From Amoeboradix gromovi X-113 (Eukaryota; Fungi; Sanchytriomycota): a stretch of DNA of 11,703 nt. The notes under the pieces were generated by a model. The model did not search any database. It was not told the DNA's origin and saw only the letters and a list, made by a program, of their open reading frames with translations. Positions 7,742 to 11,703 of this stretch are shown here, one piece after another. Each line of letters begins with the position of its first letter. Positions within the stretch are counted from its first letter, which is position 1. The stretch lies in assembly GCA_018985225.1 (NCBI GenBank), contig JADGIF010000286.1, positions 1 through 11,703 on the forward strand. The letters run 5' to 3'. The position numbers and the translations under genes were made by a program.

Positions 7742-8320
7742 TTTAGATGGGAAATTGTTAGTTTCAGAGTCCCTTGATTACAACTAACAGACTATTTGAA
7801 TACCTTTATACCTAATTAAAAGCCTCGGTTTTCCGGTATATCAAGAGTTTCCAGAGCTAATGATAACGCAAGTCGCCTTGTTACTGCACTGGCTCATGCT
7901 TCCGTTGCCATGAAGCATGATTGAAAATAGATGCATTTATTTCGAATATATGTTCCATGTCGCCGTGTGATCTCTTTCTACTCCCAAATGATAATTTGTG
8001 CATGTCTCCTAATCTTTTTCATCGGAAATCCACATCTTGTAGCTGCTTGATTAATATATGCCTCATAGCATCCACCAATGTCTTTCCGGGCACTTGACAT
8101 AAACGAGAATGCTGGATTACCTCAACTTTATTCATGTAGAAAGCTTTGAAATGATGATATTCAAGAAGAATAAAATTTATGTAATCGCGATAAATGTTTT
8201 ATTCAATTCAAAAAAAGACTCAACTGTTAATTTGAAGTAATCCTCTACATCACTAGAGGCCTGAGATAAACCGCAAGAATTGGTATCAACTCTTTGTTCA
8301 AATATCTATTTATTCTCGTG

Positions 8321-9523
8321 CTACATTTTGCGTTTCTTTCTCGGAAGCTCATCGAGGTACATCTCTGCTTCATTGCGAGCCATGAGAACCTTTTTTAAAA
8401 AGTCCTCTTCCTCCACATCCTTTTTTTGCATGGGGTACTCTTCTAATTTACTATTGGTTTCTTGTTCTATATTAAGGACAAGTTTAACATCATGTTGAGA
8501 TACCAATGTGATTGCTGTACCTTTGTTTCCGGCTCTAGCAGTTCTCCCTACCCTGTGAATATAATCTGTAACACAATTTGGAGGACTGTAGCTAATAACA
8601 TAGTCAACATAAGGAATGTCTAAACCACGACTCGCTACATCGGTAGCTATTAATATATTTATATTACCGCTTTTGAAGTTAAATAAAGAGTCCAGTCTAT
8701 CTCTTTGACTCATATCTGAGTGTAAACACTGACTTTTGTATCCAAAGGCATCCGACATATGCTGCAATTTAGCGCATTCATTACTGGTAGGCATAAAAAT
8801 AATTATTGATTTGTTTTGCAGCTGATTCAGTAAAAACAAGATATAGGCATCTCTGACCATAAATGGCATAAACAAGCAGAACTGCTTTAATCTCTCTACG
8901 ACATTGTATCTTGGAGCACAGTCATATATAAAAGAATCTTTTGCTGCATCTTTTATTGCCTTTGTAATCGTAGCACTAAAAAGCAGTATCTGACGATCCT
9001 TCGGAACCACAGAGAATATTTTGTAAAGGTTATTTGAGAACTGAGGATTTAAAACTCTATCGCTTTCGTCGATAACTAAATATTTAGTAAACTTAAACAT
9101 CGATTTATCACAGTTTATGAGCAAATCGGAGAATCTGCCAGGGCAAGCAATAACTATGTGCGGTTTTCTACTTAACCCAACGCTTTGTCTCACTAGATCC
9201 ATTCCTCCACTGACCACAAGCGTCTTTAATTGCATAGAGTTCATGTTTATAGTTTTAAATTGCTCATCAATTTGAAATGCCAATTCTCTGGTAGGTGCCA
9301 AAACAATCGCAAAAACACCAAAAGGGTCTTTTCGAAGCTCGTTAAGAATTGGAAGTACAAATGCGGCGGTTTTTCCAGAACCAGTCAGAGCTGAACAAAC
9401 ACAATTTCTGCCTTTGAGAATCTCGGGAATCGCATTTAACTGTATTTCAGTGGGATTTGTTATTTTTAAAGTCTTGAGATTCTTTATGAGCCACGGATCT
9501 AGTCCTAATTGTGAAAAAGACAT
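8321..9523 (-). CDS. DBP8: DEAD-box RNA helicase Dbp8/DDX49 (18S rRNA biogenesis), 400 aa
   Basis: Q motif PTEIQ, TGSGKT, DPFGVFAIVLAPTRELAFQI (Dbp8-type), DESD, SAT, TDVASRGLDIP and HRVGRTARAG. Confidence 0.9.
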   Translation of the reverse strand: MSFSQLGLDPWLIKNLKTLKITNPTEIQLNAIPEILKGRNCVCSALTGSGKTAAFVLPILNELRKDPFGVFAIVLAPTRELAFQIDEQFKTINMNSMQLKTLVVSGGMDLVRQSVGLSRKPHIVIACPGRFSDLLINCDKSMFKFTKYLVIDESDRVLNPQFSNNLYKIFSVVPKDRQILLFSATITKAIKDAAKDSFIYDCAPRYNVVERLKQFCLFMPFMVRDAYILFLLNQLQNKSIIIFMPTSNECAKLQHMSDAFGYKSQCLHSDMSQRDRLDSLFNFKSGNINILIATDVASRGLDIPYVDYVISYSPPNCVTDYIHRVGRTARAGNKGTAITLVSQHDVKLVLNIEQETNSKLEEYPMQKKDVEEEDFLKKVLMARNEAEMYLDELPRKKRKM

Positions 9524-9619
9524 GGAGGTTTTGTCCCGTCAATGCAGAATTTAAATTTTAAAGTAGGGGTGATCTTTTCACGGATTGGAAAATGTTTCAG
9601 TAAAATTAAGTTTATTGTG

Positions 9620-10195
9620 CTATAGGTACTGCGCAATCCATATTCTGAGTGCTATACTTAATACAAAAAATGTAGAAGAAATGAGAGATATATGCATAGA
9701 ATTAATTGGCATGCTACTTTGCTTTTCAAAATTTTTTATACGGTTTCTTTCGCTCATTATCATTGTTGCTAATGTTATAAAAAGGAACAAAAAGTTCAAA
9801 GACACTGCAACCCACTTCATCTTCCAAAACATTTTTTTTTTACTTGCACTCACCTCCTTTTTGGTTATCCTGAAGTCAAAAATTGAATCTGGGTGTATGA
9901 GCTCATTTTGGTGCTTGTCGTAATTGTACAAGTTTGAAAATTCTTCATTTATATCATAACTGGTTATAAATTCAAGGTCATCTTGCAACTCTATTTGATA
10001 TTTTTGCAATTCTATTGCTGCTAGACATTTATCGCATTCAAAACATAAACATTTCATTGCCATATCATTTAATTCCTTATTTTCAGGGTTAGGCAGTGGT
10101 ACCATCCCATAACTTACATTGTCCTCTATTGAATGATATGATAACGAGTCATATTTCCTGTTAGTTCTCAAATTATTTTTATCCGCCTCCTCCAT
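9620..10195 (-). CDS. Hypothetical membrane protein, 191 aa, with two C-terminal TM segments and a CxCxxCxxC cluster
   Basis: ATG-initiated ORF with hydrophobic segments WVAVSLNFLFLFITLATMIM and ISLISSTFFVLSIALRIWIA. AATAAA lies 3 nt after the stop. Confidence 0.75.
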   Translation of the reverse strand: MEEADKNNLRTNRKYDSLSYHSIEDNVSYGMVPLPNPENKELNDMAMKCLCFECDKCLAAIELQKYQIELQDDLEFITSYDINEEFSNLYNYDKHQNELIHPDSIFDFRITKKEVSASKKKMFWKMKWVAVSLNFLFLFITLATMIMSERNRIKNFEKQSSMPINSMHISLISSTFFVLSIALRIWIAQYL

Positions 10196-10507
10196 GTTTT
10201 ACAGCGCTGACCGATGACACGGCTATGAAACTTTACAGAGAGAAAAGCATATAAGAAAAAGGAAGAGTGATGTTGGTTTACTAGGTGACCAAACCAGCAA
10301 GAAAGGCATAGCTGATGCCGTATTACACTAACACCAAAATAATCAATTGCGCCCGAAAACGCAGCAAATGTGAGGCTGATGTACATTGAACCTATTTTGG
10401 AGAGTAGTCAGCTAGGAGTGCGAAATACGATCATATAGCATAATAAAGAGAGCAATTGGTAACGAGTTTTCGCCTAGATGGCAGGTGAGAACTTTTAGGA
10501 CATTCTG

Positions 10508-10585
10508 CATGAGCGGTTCTACCTTGAGCCATTTGTTTAAAAGGGTTGTCTCGTTTTTAAATTCGAGTACTACATGTTGGAAGAT
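10508..10585 (-). repeat. Left arm of a perfect inverted repeat (>=78 bp)
   Basis: The reverse complement of 10508-10585 is identical to 11626-11703. Confidence 0.97.
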
Positions 10586-10675
10586 TTACGCACAGAAACT
10601 AAAATCTGCCTCACAAGATAATGTTAAGGTGTTCAAAATACTAAAATTAAGTCATTCTACACCCATTAATTTACT

Positions 10676-11494
10676 TTATTCTAGAGCAGATGAAAATCGA
10701 CTTGGAGTAGATTCAGAGTCCCAAAAATCCACCTCATTGATGTCTATCGGACAGATCGGAGACTGGACTGAGTACTGAGAGAGTCTGTTAATGTTAGGTG
10801 TAAACTGTAGCTCTTCTAATTTAGCAAAGCTATGAGTGGTCTCATCAGAGGTGTCATCAATCTTGGAATCATTTTGAGCATCAAATGCTTTAGATTTACT
10901 TCGGGTTCTCTTGATGTTTAAGGCAATTAAAGCAATTAATCCAGCTAGTAATATAAATACCAAGATAAGAAAGTATCCATATGTTGAGAGAAAAGGATTA
11001 TTGTATACGGCGCCATATCCTTCCAAAACGTTTTGATCTTTCTGTAAGCCATATTGGACTAGATTTGGACAGTGAGGATCAAAATATTGGCGCTGATATT
11101 TCATAAATGATATTTGACGGCGTTTTGTGCCAAATTCGGTTTCCAAGTACCTAGCCAATTGATCTTCCTTTTCCATTAGTTTTTTGTTGCAAATACTGCA
11201 GCTAGGATCATTATTTTTTGTTTCTAAACCTTGCAAAAGTTCAACCCAACACAAAATGCCATCAATAGAAACACATTTGGCATTGTATATCCGAATAAGC
11301 AGCTGAGATATTGACGACTCATTGCAAACAATTGCTTCCTTCCATTCAAGGGCACATTTTTGGGTACATTGTTCATGGATCATATTTATCGAATCCTGAG
11401 TGCTATTACTGCTTAATGAGAACACGCAGGAATTAGAAATAGAGGGGCAATTAGAACTTAACTGTATGTCATAATACTGGGAAGAACTCTCCAT
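10676..11494 (-). CDS. Cys-rich single-pass membrane protein, 272 aa
   Basis: Ten Cys in the N-terminal region, then TM YFLILVFILLAGLIALIAL followed by basic KRTRSKSK and a Ser/Asp-rich tail. AATAAA overlaps the stop. No obvious signal peptide. Confidence 0.85.
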   Translation of the reverse strand: MESSSQYYDIQLSSNCPSISNSCVFSLSSNSTQDSINMIHEQCTQKCALEWKEAIVCNESSISQLLIRIYNAKCVSIDGILCWVELLQGLETKNNDPSCSICNKKLMEKEDQLARYLETEFGTKRRQISFMKYQRQYFDPHCPNLVQYGLQKDQNVLEGYGAVYNNPFLSTYGYFLILVFILLAGLIALIALNIKRTRSKSKAFDAQNDSKIDDTSDETTHSFAKLEELQFTPNINRLSQYSVQSPICPIDINEVDFWDSESTPSRFSSALE

Positions 11495-11625
11495 AGAAGA
11501 TTTTTAGGATCTCACACATATATACATACCCCATAATTACGTGTATTTCACATGACGAGGCCACGATTTAGCGATTTAATCGAGAAAACAGCCGGTCAAG
11601 AGACGAAGTTATGGGTTAGTTTAAT

Positions 11626-11703
11626 ATCTTCCAACATGTAGTACTCGAATTTAAAAACGAGACAACCCTTTTAAACAAATGGCTCAAGGTAGAACCGCTC
11701 ATG
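11626..11703 (+). repeat. Right arm of the perfect inverted repeat, truncated by the window end
   Basis: ATCTTCCAACATGTAGTACTCG...GGTAGAACCGCTCATG equals the reverse complement of 10508-10585. Confidence 0.97.

Noticed and set aside
7894-7920. Perfect 9-bp hairpin TCATGCTTC/GAAGCATGA upstream of DMA1
   Set aside because: An isolated stem with no other support; plausible by chance.
8151-8264. ATGATGA...CTGA as a second C/D snoRNA
   Set aside because: No convincing terminal stem, internal D'/C' boxes or recognisable rRNA guide, and the interior is AT-rich.
2411-9523. TAA/TAG-to-Gln reassignment as in some aphelids and ciliates
   Set aside because: SCP2, RPS11, frataxin and DBP8 end at TAA or TAG exactly where the homologous proteins end.
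10196-10585. snRNA-like fragments on the - strand (CTCACCTG like the U1 5' end, TGTAGTA like the U2 branch-pairing region, ATTTTGG Sm-like site, UUCG hairpin at 10348-10363) and ORF 10168..10386
   Set aside because: The motifs are degenerate and not in the order or spacing of any single snRNA, and the ORF has no recognisable features. An Rfam scan would settle it.
1-11703. Prokaryotic systems (CRISPR arrays, operons, IS elements)
   Set aside because: No direct-repeat arrays or transposase ORFs, and the gene content, introns and polyA signals are eukaryotic.

Overview
This is AT-rich, very gene-dense eukaryotic nuclear DNA in the standard genetic code. It is probably from a compact-genome early-diverging fungus or fungal relative (inferred from the Dma1-type FHA-RING ligase, a hevein-like module and a fungal-type Tim17-like protein). 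Recognisable genes are mS38/Cox24-like, peroxisomal SCP2 (ends AKL), tRNA-Ala(TGC), frataxin, a Rab5ip-family protein, RPS11, a Tim17-like protein, DMA1 and DBP8, plus four unassigned proteins. The ORF track misses several things. (1) A 20-nt GT-AG intron must be removed to complete the DMA1 RING-H2 finger. (2) An 86/89-nt intron is almost entirely filled by a box C/D snoRNA and ends in a TAGTAG tandem acceptor, where the proximal AG gives an immediate stop. (3) A perfect inverted repeat of at least 78 bp brackets a Cys-rich single-pass membrane protein gene and runs off the window end; it could be an invertible cassette, a TIR element or an assembly/amplification artefact. (4) A ~220-nt intergenic segment has many nested stems and is a candidate structured ncRNA. 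All splicing and RNA calls come from manual inspection and need RNA-seq or covariance-model confirmation.
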